From the sequence record SRR20825019_248: DNA of 37,957 nucleotides. The stretch is one strand, 5' to 3'. Position 1 is the stretch's first letter. Each line of letters opens with the position of its first letter. Below the pieces are notes generated by a model. It searched no databases and was not told the DNA's origin. It saw only the letters and a list, made by a program, of their open reading frames with translations. Of the stretch, positions 27,333 through 36,657 are shown in pieces. Position numbers and translations under genes: made by a program.

Positions 27333-28355
27333 ATGCAGACAAAATCCGCATTGGTCGTTGATGACTCCCGGGTCGCCAGACTGACTCTGAGCAAGCTGTT
27401 GCAGTCTCACGGTTTCGACATCACTGAAAAAGGCAGCGCGGAAGAAGCGCTGCAATGGTTGCAGGAAACGGCCACGCTGCCGGATATGATTTTTATGGAT
27501 GTGATGATGGGAGGGCTGGATGGCCTGACCGCAACCCGCCAGATAAAAGAAAATCCTGATTGGACAGCGGTACCGGTCATCATTTGTACCGGTAAAGAAA
27601 CAGACGATGATTTGAAACAGGCTCTGGCCAGTGGCGCCACGGCTGTATTGGCTAAACCCCCGGCTGCGGAAGCCGTTCAGAAGTTGTTAACTGATGTGCA
27701 ACAGGTACAAGCTGCCGAAACAAAAGCACGGGAAAAGGAACCCGCTCAAGCCGTCACGATACCGACCGAGACTATCATCGCCGAACTGCATGCACAGTTG
27801 ATGCCGGAATTGGAACAAAGATTGAACGGGTCCATCAACGACATGCGCCAGCAACTGCTACAGCAACAACAGCAGGAAAATCAGTCGCAGAGCAGCCTCG
27901 ACAAGCTGTCAGAACTGAGCCGGCAAATGAGTGAGTCGGTCCAGCAGCAGTTCGAGGAACTCAGCCAGCGGTTTTCGGCAACAACTGAACAGCGTTTGAC
28001 CGAACTCTCCCAGAGCGCCATTGACAAGGCGATGGACAACTTCGGCCTTACAGACAAAATGAATCAGGTTTTGCGTGATGAAGCAGAAACCTGGCTTGAT
28101 CAACAGCAAAACGAGATCCGCAATAAGCTGGAGCAGGAGCTCAGACAGACTTTGCATGCGGATATCGACAGCTATTTGCAGCAGCAACTCAATCAGCGGC
28201 TGCCGGAACTGGTCGAGCAGCTACGCCAGCAGACACCGTCTGACGGGCAGGAGAAAGGTCTTGAGTCAATGCAATCGCAGCTGGCCATGCAACGCAATAT
28301 CTCAATTGGGGCAGGCCTGGTTGCTGTTGCAGCGCTGATCCTGGCGCTGATTTAA
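27333..28355 (+). CDS. Receiver-domain protein with Gln-rich coiled coil and C-terminal membrane anchor
   Basis: LVVDDS, IFMDVMM, ICTG, LAKP, then long Q/E/L heptads and ISIGAGLVAVAALILALI at the C-terminus. GAGGA SD at 27323-27327. Confidence 0.88.
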   Translation: MQTKSALVVDDSRVARLTLSKLLQSHGFDITEKGSAEEALQWLQETATLPDMIFMDVMMGGLDGLTATRQIKENPDWTAVPVIICTGKETDDDLKQALASGATAVLAKPPAAEAVQKLLTDVQQVQAAETKAREKEPAQAVTIPTETIIAELHAQLMPELEQRLNGSINDMRQQLLQQQQQENQSQSSLDKLSELSRQMSESVQQQFEELSQRFSATTEQRLTELSQSAIDKAMDNFGLTDKMNQVLRDEAETWLDQQQNEIRNKLEQELRQTLHADIDSYLQQQLNQRLPELVEQLRQQTPSDGQEKGLESMQSQLAMQRNISIGAGLVAVAALILALI

Positions 28356-28362
28356 CTCTGCA

Positions 28363-29205
28363 ATGATGCCTGCCATTCAGGAAGCCCGCGCTTTTGGCCT
28401 GACTGAACTCGCCGGTAGCATCAGTCCCGATGTCGATGTACAGGTGTTGCTCTGTTATGTGCTGGAATGCAATCCGACCCGCTTAATGACCGCACCGGAA
28501 GCGGAGCTGACCGACCTGCAGTGGCAGCAATTTGCAGAACTGATTGCCCGCCGGAAACAGGGGGAACCAGTTGCCCATCTGACCGGCAGTCGCGGGTTCT
28601 GGAATCTGGATCTGAGCGTTGATAACTCCACCCTGATCCCGCGGCCGGACACTGAACTCCTGGTTTCTCTATGTCTGCCCAAGCTGGAAAAAGGGATGAC
28701 AGCAGTGGATCTGGGCACCGGCACCGGTGCGATTGCGCTGTCGCTGGCTTCAGAAAAGCCGGGCGTTGATATTGTGGCTACCGATCTTCAGTTTGCCGCA
28801 CTCAAACTGGCGCAAAAAAATGCTGCCAAGCATGAGCTGAATAATGTCCGTTTTCTGCAGATGTCCTGGCTTTGTGGTTTCCGGTCGCGCAGTTTTGACT
28901 TAATTGTGTCCAACCCGCCCTATATCCGGGTTGATGACCCGCATCTGTTGCTGGGCGATGTGCGTTTTGAACCACGCAGTGCACTGGTATCGGGTGATGA
29001 CGGCCTTGATGACATTCGCCGGATAACACAACAGGCTGTTGCTTGCCTGAAGCCAGGAGGCTGGTTGTTGGTCGAACATGGTTATGATCAGTCACAGCAG
29101 GTGCAGGACTGTCTCGCTCTGGCCGGGTTTGAGCATATCAGCGCACATCAGGACTTCGGCGGGCAGAATCGGGCGGTAATGGGCCAGTTACCGAAGATCG
29201 ACTGA
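28363..29205 (+). CDS. prmC: Release factor glutamine methyltransferase
   Basis: RRKQGEPVAHL, LIPRPDTE, DLGTGTG, SNPPY, VRFEP, EHGYDQ. Confidence 0.96.
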   Translation: MMPAIQEARAFGLTELAGSISPDVDVQVLLCYVLECNPTRLMTAPEAELTDLQWQQFAELIARRKQGEPVAHLTGSRGFWNLDLSVDNSTLIPRPDTELLVSLCLPKLEKGMTAVDLGTGTGAIALSLASEKPGVDIVATDLQFAALKLAQKNAAKHELNNVRFLQMSWLCGFRSRSFDLIVSNPPYIRVDDPHLLLGDVRFEPRSALVSGDDGLDDIRRITQQAVACLKPGGWLLVEHGYDQSQQVQDCLALAGFEHISAHQDFGGQNRAVMGQLPKID

Positions 29206-29230
29206 CATGTCTTATAGCCTCAGCTGGCGT

Positions 29231-29236
29231 TATAAT
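29231..29236 (+). promoter_or_regulatory. Consensus -10 (TATAAT) upstream of moeB-JAB-pmbA
   Basis: TATAAT 26 nt before ATG 29263; no clear -35. Confidence 0.45.
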
Positions 29237-29262
29237 ACCGGTTTGGATAAACAGAATTGCCG

Positions 29263-30015
29263 ATGAACGACGATCAACTGCTACGTTACAGCCGCCATAT
29301 TCTGCTGCCGCAGCTCGATATTAAAGGCCAGCAGAAACTGCTGGATGCTCATGTCATGATTGTCGGGCTGGGTGGTCTGGGTTCGCCGGTGTCGACTTAT
29401 CTGGCGGCTGCCGGTGTCGGCCGATTGACGCTGGCTGATGATGATGTTGTCGAATTATCCAATCTGCAACGACAGGTCGTGCACAGTGAAGCACAGATTG
29501 GCAATAACAAAGTCAGCTCAGCCGCCGAGCGCTTGAAAGCACTGAATGCCGATATTGAATTAAGCCTGATTGATCGCCGGCTGGACAAAGCCGGGCTGCT
29601 TGAAGCGACCCGGGATGTCGATGTGCTGGTGGATTGCAGCGATAATTTCGCTACCCGGTTTCTGCTCAATGAGATCAGTCAGCAGCAACAACTGCCCCTG
29701 GTTTCCGGTGCGGCCATTCGGTTTGAAGGTCAGGTGACGGTCTACGACCCGCGTCAGCCGGGCCGGCCCTGTTACCGCTGTCTTTATGAAGATAGGGGCG
29801 AACTGGAGGAGACCTGTTCTGAGAGTGGCATCCTGGCGCCAATCCTGTCCGTAATCGGTGGTATACAGGCGGTAGAAACGCTGAAGCTTCTGGCCGGGAT
29901 CGGTGACAGTCTCGCCGGCCGTTTATTGATTCTCGATGCGTTCAGTATGAGTTGGCGTGAAATCAAAATGAAGCAGGATCCGACTTGTCCTGTGTGTAAT
30001 AAAACAGCAGAGTAA
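29263..30015 (+). CDS. moeB: MoeB/ThiF family E1-like adenylyltransferase (no rhodanese domain)
   Basis: RYSRH, GLGGLG, SNLQRQ, DCSDNF, CYRC, TCSESG, CPVC. Confidence 0.88.
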   Translation: MNDDQLLRYSRHILLPQLDIKGQQKLLDAHVMIVGLGGLGSPVSTYLAAAGVGRLTLADDDVVELSNLQRQVVHSEAQIGNNKVSSAAERLKALNADIELSLIDRRLDKAGLLEATRDVDVLVDCSDNFATRFLLNEISQQQQLPLVSGAAIRFEGQVTVYDPRQPGRPCYRCLYEDRGELEETCSESGILAPILSVIGGIQAVETLKLLAGIGDSLAGRLLILDAFSMSWREIKMKQDPTCPVCNKTAE

Positions 30016-30018
30016 ACA

Positions 30019-30426
30019 ATGACAAAAACAACCGTTCAAATTCCCAGAACGCTGGCTAACCAGCTTCTCCATCAGGCGCAGTTATCGCCGTCACAGGAAG
30101 TCTGCGGCCTGGTCGGCCAGCGTGGTGAGCAATGCGAATGCTACCCGATTGAAAATGTCGCCACTGATGCCAGTGTCCTGTTTGCGCTCAATGCCAGCGA
30201 ACAACTGGCAGCCTTCAAAAGCATGAGAGAAAAAGGGCAGTCCCTGTTTGCCATTTATCACTCCCATCCCAGCAGTCCGCCGCTGCCGTCACAAATCGAT
30301 ATCGAAGATGCCAACTATCGTGATGCGCTGTATCTGATTATTTCCCTCAATACCAAAGGCGTGCTGGAAATGCGCGGCTTTTATCTGAAAGCTGGACAAA
30401 CTGAAGAAGTTGAACTGATTTTATGA
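30019..30426 (+). CDS. JAB/Mov34/MPN metalloprotease (Mec/QbsD-like sulfur-carrier processing)
   Basis: EVCG and YHSHPSSPPLPSQID (HxH-x7-S-x2-D). Confidence 0.92.
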   Translation: MTKTTVQIPRTLANQLLHQAQLSPSQEVCGLVGQRGEQCECYPIENVATDASVLFALNASEQLAAFKSMREKGQSLFAIYHSHPSSPPLPSQIDIEDANYRDALYLIISLNTKGVLEMRGFYLKAGQTEEVELIL

Positions 30427-31757
30427 GCCGAGAACTGAAAAAAACGGATCTGGAACAAGCTGCACAAATCGCGCTGGAAGAGGCAAAAAAACGGGGTGCC
30501 ACCGCCGCCGAAGTCGGCCTGAGCCAGAGTCAGGGACTATCGGTGACCGTGCGTCAACGGGAAGTGGAAACCCTGGAACACAATAATGACACCGGTATGG
30601 GTATTACGGTTTTTTTCGGTCAGAGCAAAGCCTCTTCCAGTACCTCGGATCTGAGCCTGCCGGCGATCCGTGAAGCGGTGGAAGCGGCCTGCAACATCGC
30701 CCGCCATACCCAGCCCGATGAGGCTGCCGGCCTCGCAGATGCCGATCTTATGGCCAGGGACTTTCCGGATTTATCGTTGTATCACCCCTGGGATCTGAGT
30801 GTAGAAAAAGCGATTGAACTGGCCACAGAATGTGAAGCTGCCGGTCTCGATGCCGATGACAGAATCAGCAATTCTGAAGGGGCTACGGTCAGCAGTCACA
30901 ATGGTAAGCGTATCTATGCCAACAGCCATGGCTTTCTGGGTGTCACTGACAGCAGCCGTCACAGCTTTTCTGCCAGCCTGATCGCCAAAGACGGTCGCGG
31001 CATGCAGCGGGATTACTGGTATGACATGGCGCGCGATGCCGCCGATCTCAACACGGCAGCCAGCGTTGGCCTTAAAGCGGCGCAGCGGACCCTGGCAAGA
31101 CTGGGCGCTGGTGAAGTTAAAACCGGCAGCTACCCGGTGCTGTTCTCAGCCGATGTTGCGCCGTCTTTGTTTGGCCAGTTAATCGCCGCGATCCGGGGCG
31201 GCGCTTTGTATCGTAATGCTTCTTTTCTGCTGGATAAAAAAGGCGAGCAGATATTCCCCGAATATATTCATATTCACGAGCAGCCCCATTTAGCAAAAGC
31301 ACTGGGCAGTGCGGCATTTGATTCCGAAGGCGTGGCAACCCGCAACCGCGATATCGTGAAGGATGGCGTTCTACAGGACTACGTCCTCGATAGTTATGCC
31401 GCCCGCAGGCTGGGACTGGAGACCACTGCCAATGCCGGTGGTGTCCACAATCTGACCATCGACAGTACCTGTGATGCTGATTTTGAAGGGCTTGTGAAAC
31501 GCATGCACAAGGGCATTATTGTGACCGAAACCATGGGCATGGGCGTCAATATCGTCAATGGCGACTACTCCCAGGGTGCAGCAGGTTTCTGGGTTGAGAA
31601 CGGGGAAGTTCAGTATCCGGTCGACGAGTTCACCATTGCCAGCAATCTGCAGGATATGTTTATGGCCTTGCAGGCCGTCGGTAGCGATGTCGATGTGAGG
31701 GGCAACACCCGTTGTGGTTCTGTGCTGCTGGAAAAAATGATGATTGCTGCCGCCTAG
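30423..31757 (+). CDS. pmbA: Metalloprotease PmbA/TldE
   Basis: NSEGA, ANSHGF, MQRDYWY, FDSEGV, ANAGG, GDYSQGAAGFW, TIASNL. Confidence 0.95.
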   Translation: MSRELKKTDLEQAAQIALEEAKKRGATAAEVGLSQSQGLSVTVRQREVETLEHNNDTGMGITVFFGQSKASSSTSDLSLPAIREAVEAACNIARHTQPDEAAGLADADLMARDFPDLSLYHPWDLSVEKAIELATECEAAGLDADDRISNSEGATVSSHNGKRIYANSHGFLGVTDSSRHSFSASLIAKDGRGMQRDYWYDMARDAADLNTAASVGLKAAQRTLARLGAGEVKTGSYPVLFSADVAPSLFGQLIAAIRGGALYRNASFLLDKKGEQIFPEYIHIHEQPHLAKALGSAAFDSEGVATRNRDIVKDGVLQDYVLDSYAARRLGLETTANAGGVHNLTIDSTCDADFEGLVKRMHKGIIVTETMGMGVNIVNGDYSQGAAGFWVENGEVQYPVDEFTIASNLQDMFMALQAVGSDVDVRGNTRCGSVLLEKMMIAAA

Positions 31758-33946
31758 GAGCGGTAAAAGGCTTTAATCACCGCACTGATATCAGTCAGTT
31801 CCAACAAGCCCAGTAAATGACTCAACTGCTGGCGGATTGAGGCCACTTTGTGCGCCCGTTGCGGCCGCCATTGCATCAGCTTCGCCATTAAATCAGCCTG
31901 TTGCTCACTGTCCTGACTTCTGAGTTGTGTCAGTTGAGCAATAAACGCGCTGAACTTTGCCGCCGCCAGACCACGCTGAATAAATAAAGCTTTGTCACGT
32001 GAGTTCAGAAAGTCTTCTTCAAACGCCAGGGTCCAGTTATCGCTATTATCGGCATAGGCATATAACGTCGTCCTGACGCTCCTTGGCTGGCTGCCACCGA
32101 GCTGTTTGAGCTGTTCGGCAAGCCGTAATTGTTCGGTATTCAGGGCCTGCCATAAACCATGCTCGACGCCGGCTTTGTTGTGTTGTGTTTCGCCGATCAG
32201 TTGAATTTGCCTTTGCCCCTCACTATCAAAACCCAGAAACAGCGGCACGCTCTCCAGCGTCGGCAGCAATGTCTGGCTATAGAGCCGGCTTTCTGCTGTT
32301 TTTATCTTGTCGTCCTGATTGGCGTTGAGTTTTTGCTGGTTCTTTTTGATTACCCAGTCAAAGAACTGGTTCAGGCTTTCAGGACAGTTGCTTTTGATCC
32401 GCTGTAATCCCAGCCGGAGTGAACCCTGCCAGAAAAGTGAGTTTTTGACCTGATAGGGAATCGCAGTCAGCTTGACCTTGTCGGTCAGGGTCTGCCAACG
32501 CTCAAAATCAATCAGCAGGCGTTGATTCAGCTTTATACCGCTGTCTGCCGGCAGACTAATAGCGAGACCGTCGGCCGATGCATCCAGCGTGTTCACGGAC
32601 CATCGCAGCTCACCAAGGCTGACGGTGACCGGTGTACGGATGTAATAGCGTGCTTTGTCTCGTTGAATATAAACATCCAGCGTCTCCGGCGACAGGCCGC
32701 CACAGTCGATAAACAGCTTGAGCGTCTGAAGGTTTGTAAGTTGTCGTGTAGTTACGCTGGTAGCCGGCGAGAGATGCCGCATTGCGGGTTCCAGATCGGT
32801 GACACTGACCCGGCGCTGAATGCGTCCAGCGCGGTAGAGACTTCGACGACTTTGCTCGGGATCGACTTCGGCAATAGTCGCCGCCGCAGACTGTAAGGCT
32901 GTTTTATCGATAAAGACGGCGCGGGCACTGAGTAAAAGCAGTCGGCTACCCGTTTGTGCCAGATGCCAGTTGATGATCTTGTTGACTGCTGCGGCCTGCG
33001 CCAGTGGCGCGCTGAAGCTGGATTGCTGATCGAAAGCGGTGATGATGGTGCCGGCTCCTTTTGTCAGCGCCATCAGTGGCAGTTTCTCCAGCCAGTCAGT
33101 TTGCAGTCCCTGCCAGTTTGCCAGTTGTTCCTGGGCCGGTGGCATCATATGAAACGCCAGCAGTGGTTCCGGACTGTCAGCCTCACCCAGCCATAGCAGC
33201 GGGGCACCGAGTTGGGATAACCAGAGTCGTTGATAGAAGCCTGCCTGCAGATTGAGAATTTCATTATCCACATCCTGCTGCCGTTGTCCGGCTTGTGTGT
33301 TCAGCCACTGTTGTAACCAGTCAGCAAAGCTGTCGTTGCTGTCACTGATGCGGCTCAGCACCGCAATGGTGTAATTGGCATCGTGTTCCAGTTTAATCAC
33401 CTGATACATCACCGGGTCGAACAGTTCGTCTCCGTCCTGTTGCTGGAAATCAACAAAAGTGACCGACACGATGTCCTGAGGCTGCAGTGAGTAGCTGCGT
33501 CGTAAAGACACACGAATCGCATTGAGGGCAATATCAATGGTGTGTCCGTGATAGACCACATCATCAAGTCGTAGTTGTACCGGGGTACTGTAGACAATCC
33601 GTGCTTCAGCACGCTCAATAGGCTTATCCAGTGACAGCGTTTGTGGTGATGATTCGGCGGCGGCCGTTGTGTCCTGGTCTGGAGTCAGTTGTTTTAAGGC
33701 CTTGAGTAAAGCCTCGTTGACACCCACGGTGTAACGGCCGTCAAAGCGGCTCATCAGTTGTTTGACCAACAGATAAGCGCGATCATCGAGATAATGCACA
33801 CGCCCGCCGAATTGATAGGCCTGGCATTCGCCGGCGACTTTACCCCGAAGATCGATGATACGCAGGCAGTCTTTATTAAGCCGTTGCCTTTCCAACTCCT
33901 GCAGAAATGCCTGATTTTGCTGCTTGCGGTCGGGAAGCTCGGCCAT
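31754..33946 (-). CDS. Large double PilZ-domain protein
   Basis: ERAEAR...DIALNA (degenerate) and QRDKAR...DASADG (canonical RxxxR / DxSxxG). Confidence 0.8.
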   Translation of the reverse strand: MAELPDRKQQNQAFLQELERQRLNKDCLRIIDLRGKVAGECQAYQFGGRVHYLDDRAYLLVKQLMSRFDGRYTVGVNEALLKALKQLTPDQDTTAAAESSPQTLSLDKPIERAEARIVYSTPVQLRLDDVVYHGHTIDIALNAIRVSLRRSYSLQPQDIVSVTFVDFQQQDGDELFDPVMYQVIKLEHDANYTIAVLSRISDSNDSFADWLQQWLNTQAGQRQQDVDNEILNLQAGFYQRLWLSQLGAPLLWLGEADSPEPLLAFHMMPPAQEQLANWQGLQTDWLEKLPLMALTKGAGTIITAFDQQSSFSAPLAQAAAVNKIINWHLAQTGSRLLLLSARAVFIDKTALQSAAATIAEVDPEQSRRSLYRAGRIQRRVSVTDLEPAMRHLSPATSVTTRQLTNLQTLKLFIDCGGLSPETLDVYIQRDKARYYIRTPVTVSLGELRWSVNTLDASADGLAISLPADSGIKLNQRLLIDFERWQTLTDKVKLTAIPYQVKNSLFWQGSLRLGLQRIKSNCPESLNQFFDWVIKKNQQKLNANQDDKIKTAESRLYSQTLLPTLESVPLFLGFDSEGQRQIQLIGETQHNKAGVEHGLWQALNTEQLRLAEQLKQLGGSQPRSVRTTLYAYADNSDNWTLAFEEDFLNSRDKALFIQRGLAAAKFSAFIAQLTQLRSQDSEQQADLMAKLMQWRPQRAHKVASIRQQLSHLLGLLELTDISAVIKAFYRS

Positions 33947-33954
33947 GGCGCGCG

Positions 33955-34224
33955 TCAGGCCTGGTGGAATTCTGCCGGCGTTTTGGCGCGAATACTCAGT
34001 GCATGAATATCGCGCTGCATCAAATCGCCGACCTGGGCATAGACCAGTTTATGCCGCCGGATCAGCGACAGTCCCTGAAAGGCTTCACTGACGATAAGCA
34101 GATTATAATGGCCGCCGCCGGTGTTACCGGCATGGCCGGCATGACTGGCACTGTCATCTTCTATCTCGATAAGTTCTGGGGCGAGCGTCTGCAGCGCCTG
34201 TTCAATCGCGTCGATGGTGCTCAT
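33955..34224 (-). CDS. bolA: BolA family protein
   Basis: [30 protein letters not shown]. Confidence 0.92.
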   Translation of the reverse strand: MSTIDAIEQALQTLAPELIEIEDDSASHAGHAGNTGGGHYNLLIVSEAFQGLSLIRRHKLVYAQVGDLMQRDIHALSIRAKTPAEFHQA

Positions 34225-34520
34225 GGTAGTACTTTTTTGAATGGTTTCACTGTGACTTTGGCATAAACATCGGCGTCCATGTAGGGATCCGCTTTTGCCC
34301 AGGCCTCCGCAGCGGCGAGATCGGCAAACTCGGCAACAACCAGGCTGCCGCTGAAACCGTCTTGCCCCGGGTCCTCACTGTCCACGGCGGGGTGGGGGCC
34401 GGCGAGAATCAAACGGCCTTCATCCTGCAGCGCCTCTAATCGCGCCAGGTGTGCCGGTCTGGCTTCGAGACGTCGGGGCAGGCTGTCAGCCTGGTCTTCA
34501 CTGATAATGGCGTAGAGCAT
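34221..34520 (-). CDS. yciI: YciI family protein
   Basis: [25 protein letters not shown]. Confidence 0.93.
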   Translation of the reverse strand: MLYAIISEDQADSLPRRLEARPAHLARLEALQDEGRLILAGPHPAVDSEDPGQDGFSGSLVVAEFADLAAAEAWAKADPYMDADVYAKVTVKPFKKVLP

Positions 34521-34528
34521 GGCAGGTC

Positions 34529-35107
34529 CTACTTGGAAACTTCAACAGCGTGGCGGGCCAGATACACGGATTGGGCAATCACAAACAGGAGCGTCAGGCC
34601 GAGCATGCCGAACAGTTTGAAATTCACCCAGGTCGCTTCATCAAAATTGAACGCCACATAGAGGTTGGCAACACCGGAGCCGACAAAAAACAGAATCCAG
34701 GCCAGATTGAGACGGGACCAGACTTGGTTGGGCAGTTGAATATGTTGCGCCATCATCCGTTCCAGCAGCGATTTATCGGTAAACAGGTAGGCACCGATGA
34801 ACACCAGTGCGAACAGCCAGTTCACCGCAGTCGGTTTCCATTTGATAAAGTCCGGATTCTGCAGCCATAAGGTCAGGCCGCCCAGTAGCACGACCAACAC
34901 CAGGGTAATGACGTGAGCCCGTTCCACTGTACGGTGCCGCAACCAGGTGTAGCTGACCTGGAACAGGGTGGCGGCAATCATCACGATGGTGGCGGCATAG
35001 ATACCTTCCACCTGATAGATCTGGCCATTGAAATGGTACTCGCCGCCGCCAAATTTGTAGGCGACAAAAAACAGAACGATGGGTAAAAAATCGAAAAACA
35101 GTTTCAT
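34529..35107 (-). CDS. yciB: Inner membrane protein YciB / septation protein A
   Basis: [32 protein letters not shown]. Confidence 0.95.
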   Translation of the reverse strand: MKLFFDFLPIVLFFVAYKFGGGEYHFNGQIYQVEGIYAATIVMIAATLFQVSYTWLRHRTVERAHVITLVLVVLLGGLTLWLQNPDFIKWKPTAVNWLFALVFIGAYLFTDKSLLERMMAQHIQLPNQVWSRLNLAWILFFVGSGVANLYVAFNFDEATWVNFKLFGMLGLTLLFVIAQSVYLARHAVEVSK

Positions 35108-35137
35108 TGTAAATTCAGTTAATTAGAGAACAGAAAC

Positions 35138-35152
35138 ATTCTATCGTAAAAT
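35138..35152. promoter_or_regulatory. Back-to-back -10 hexamers: TAGAAT (minus, 35138-35143) for yciB and TAAAAT (plus, 35147-35152) for the PHP gene
   Basis: attctatcgtaaaat within the short divergent gap. Confidence 0.5.
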
Positions 35153-35159
35153 GTCAGCT

Positions 35160-35990
35160 ATGACCCAATACGACTTACATACGCATTCGACCGCATCGGA
35201 CGGTTCTTTATCCCCGACTGAGCTGGTGGTTCGCGCCAAAGCGCAGGGTGTGACTCATCTCGCACTCACCGATCATGATGGTACCGAAGGGTTGGCAGAG
35301 GCGGAAAGCGTGGCTGAACAACAGGGTATTCGCCTGATTCCCGGTGTTGAAGTCTCTGTCAGCTGGCATGGCGCAACCGTGCATATTGTCGGACTGCAAC
35401 TGGATCAGCAAAACGAGGCCTTACAAAATGGATTACGTTCCCTGCGTGACTATCGTCGTGAGCGTGCCATAAAAATTGCGGATCGCCTCGACAAAGCGGG
35501 TATTCCCGGTGCATTGAAAGGGGCTGGAAAGTATGCCTCAGAAACCATGCTGGGGCGGGTTCACTTTGCGCGCTTTCTGGTGGAGAAAGGCCATGCCAAA
35601 GATATGAAAGACGTCTTCAATCGCTTTCTGGTCAAAAACAAACCGGGCTATGTGACCGGCAACTGGGCGACCCTGGATGAGGCGGTCGGCTGGATTCGTC
35701 AAGCCGGTGGTCAGGCAGTGATTGCCCATCCTGCCCGTTACAAGATGACCAACAGCAAACGCCGGCGATTGCTGGCCGAGTTCAAATCGCTGGGTGGCGA
35801 GGCGATAGAGGTTTCCTCCGGTAATCAGCACCTTGAAGAGGTCCGGGTGATGGCAAAACTCGCTGAAGAATTCGACTTACTGGCCTCCTGCGGTTCGGAT
35901 TTTCACAGTCCCGACAATAATTGGATTGAGCTGGGTAAGATGACGACCATGCCGCCTTTTGTCACACCGATATGGACGCAATGGCAATAA
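35160..35990 (+). CDS. yciV: PHP-domain phosphoesterase (YciV/TrpH, RNase AM-like)
   Basis: YDLHTHSTASDG, LTDHD, GVE, HIVG, GRVHFA, AHP, GSDFH; followed by yciO. Alternative start at 35151. Confidence 0.9.
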   Translation: MTQYDLHTHSTASDGSLSPTELVVRAKAQGVTHLALTDHDGTEGLAEAESVAEQQGIRLIPGVEVSVSWHGATVHIVGLQLDQQNEALQNGLRSLRDYRRERAIKIADRLDKAGIPGALKGAGKYASETMLGRVHFARFLVEKGHAKDMKDVFNRFLVKNKPGYVTGNWATLDEAVGWIRQAGGQAVIAHPARYKMTNSKRRRLLAEFKSLGGEAIEVSSGNQHLEEVRVMAKLAEEFDLLASCGSDFHSPDNNWIELGKMTTMPPFVTPIWTQWQ

Positions 35991-36003
35991 GCGTGCACGC
36001 TTA
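35988..36003. repeat. Perfect 16-bp palindrome beginning at the yciV stop codon
   Basis: TAAGCGTGCACGCTTA. Confidence 0.7.
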
Positions 36004-36032
36004 AGACAACAACCAACAATAAAGAGCAAGTA

Positions 36033-36656
36033 ATGAGTCAGTTTTTCCAGATTCACCCAGAGAACCCGCAACTACGCCTGATTAAACAGGCCTGCAAGAT
36101 CATTCGTGACGGCGGCCTGGTGGTCTATCCCACCGACTCAGGTTACGCGCTGGGTTGCTACATCGGTGATAAATCAGCCATGGAGCGGATCCGTCGATTG
36201 CGTGATCTGGATGCAGATCATAACTTCACTCTGGCCTGCCGTGATCTGTCAGAGCTGGCGACCTATGCCAGATTCAACAATGCCGTGTTTCGTCTCCTCA
36301 AGGCTTATACGCCGGGCCCTTACACCTTTATTCTGCCGGCTACCAAAGAAGTCCCGCGGCGGCTGCAACACCCCAAGAAAAAATCAATTGGTCTCCGCAT
36401 CCCGACCCATCCGATTGCTTCGGCTTTACTGGAGGAACTCAATGAACCGCTGATGAGTTCGACCTTGATTCTGCCGGGCGATGAGCTGCCAATGACCGAA
36501 GCGATTGATATTGAAGAAGCGATTGGCAAGCAGGTAGATTTAATCATTGACGGCGGAGCTTGCGGTGCTGAACCCACTACCGTGATTGAATTTATTGATG
36601 ATCTGCCGGAAGTGGTGCGCGTCGGCATGGGGGATCCTGCCCCGTTTGAGGGCTGA
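36033..36656 (+). CDS. yciO: Sua5/YciO/YrdC family protein
   Basis: MSQFFQIHPENPQ, YPTDSGYALGC, HNFTL, TPGPYTF, IGLRIP. Confidence 0.93.
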   Translation: MSQFFQIHPENPQLRLIKQACKIIRDGGLVVYPTDSGYALGCYIGDKSAMERIRRLRDLDADHNFTLACRDLSELATYARFNNAVFRLLKAYTPGPYTFILPATKEVPRRLQHPKKKSIGLRIPTHPIASALLEELNEPLMSSTLILPGDELPMTEAIDIEEAIGKQVDLIIDGGACGAEPTTVIEFIDDLPEVVRVGMGDPAPFEG

Positions 36657-36657
36657 T

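Noticed and set aside
27840-28300. CAG/CAA-rich quasi-repeats
   Set aside because: Explained by Gln-rich coiled-coil coding; not a tandem array or CRISPR.
29263-30426. E1+JAB pair as a CBASS/Bil-type ubiquitin-like defence system
   Set aside because: No E2, cyclase or Ubl gene; host-like composition and canonical MoeB features indicate housekeeping sulfur transfer.
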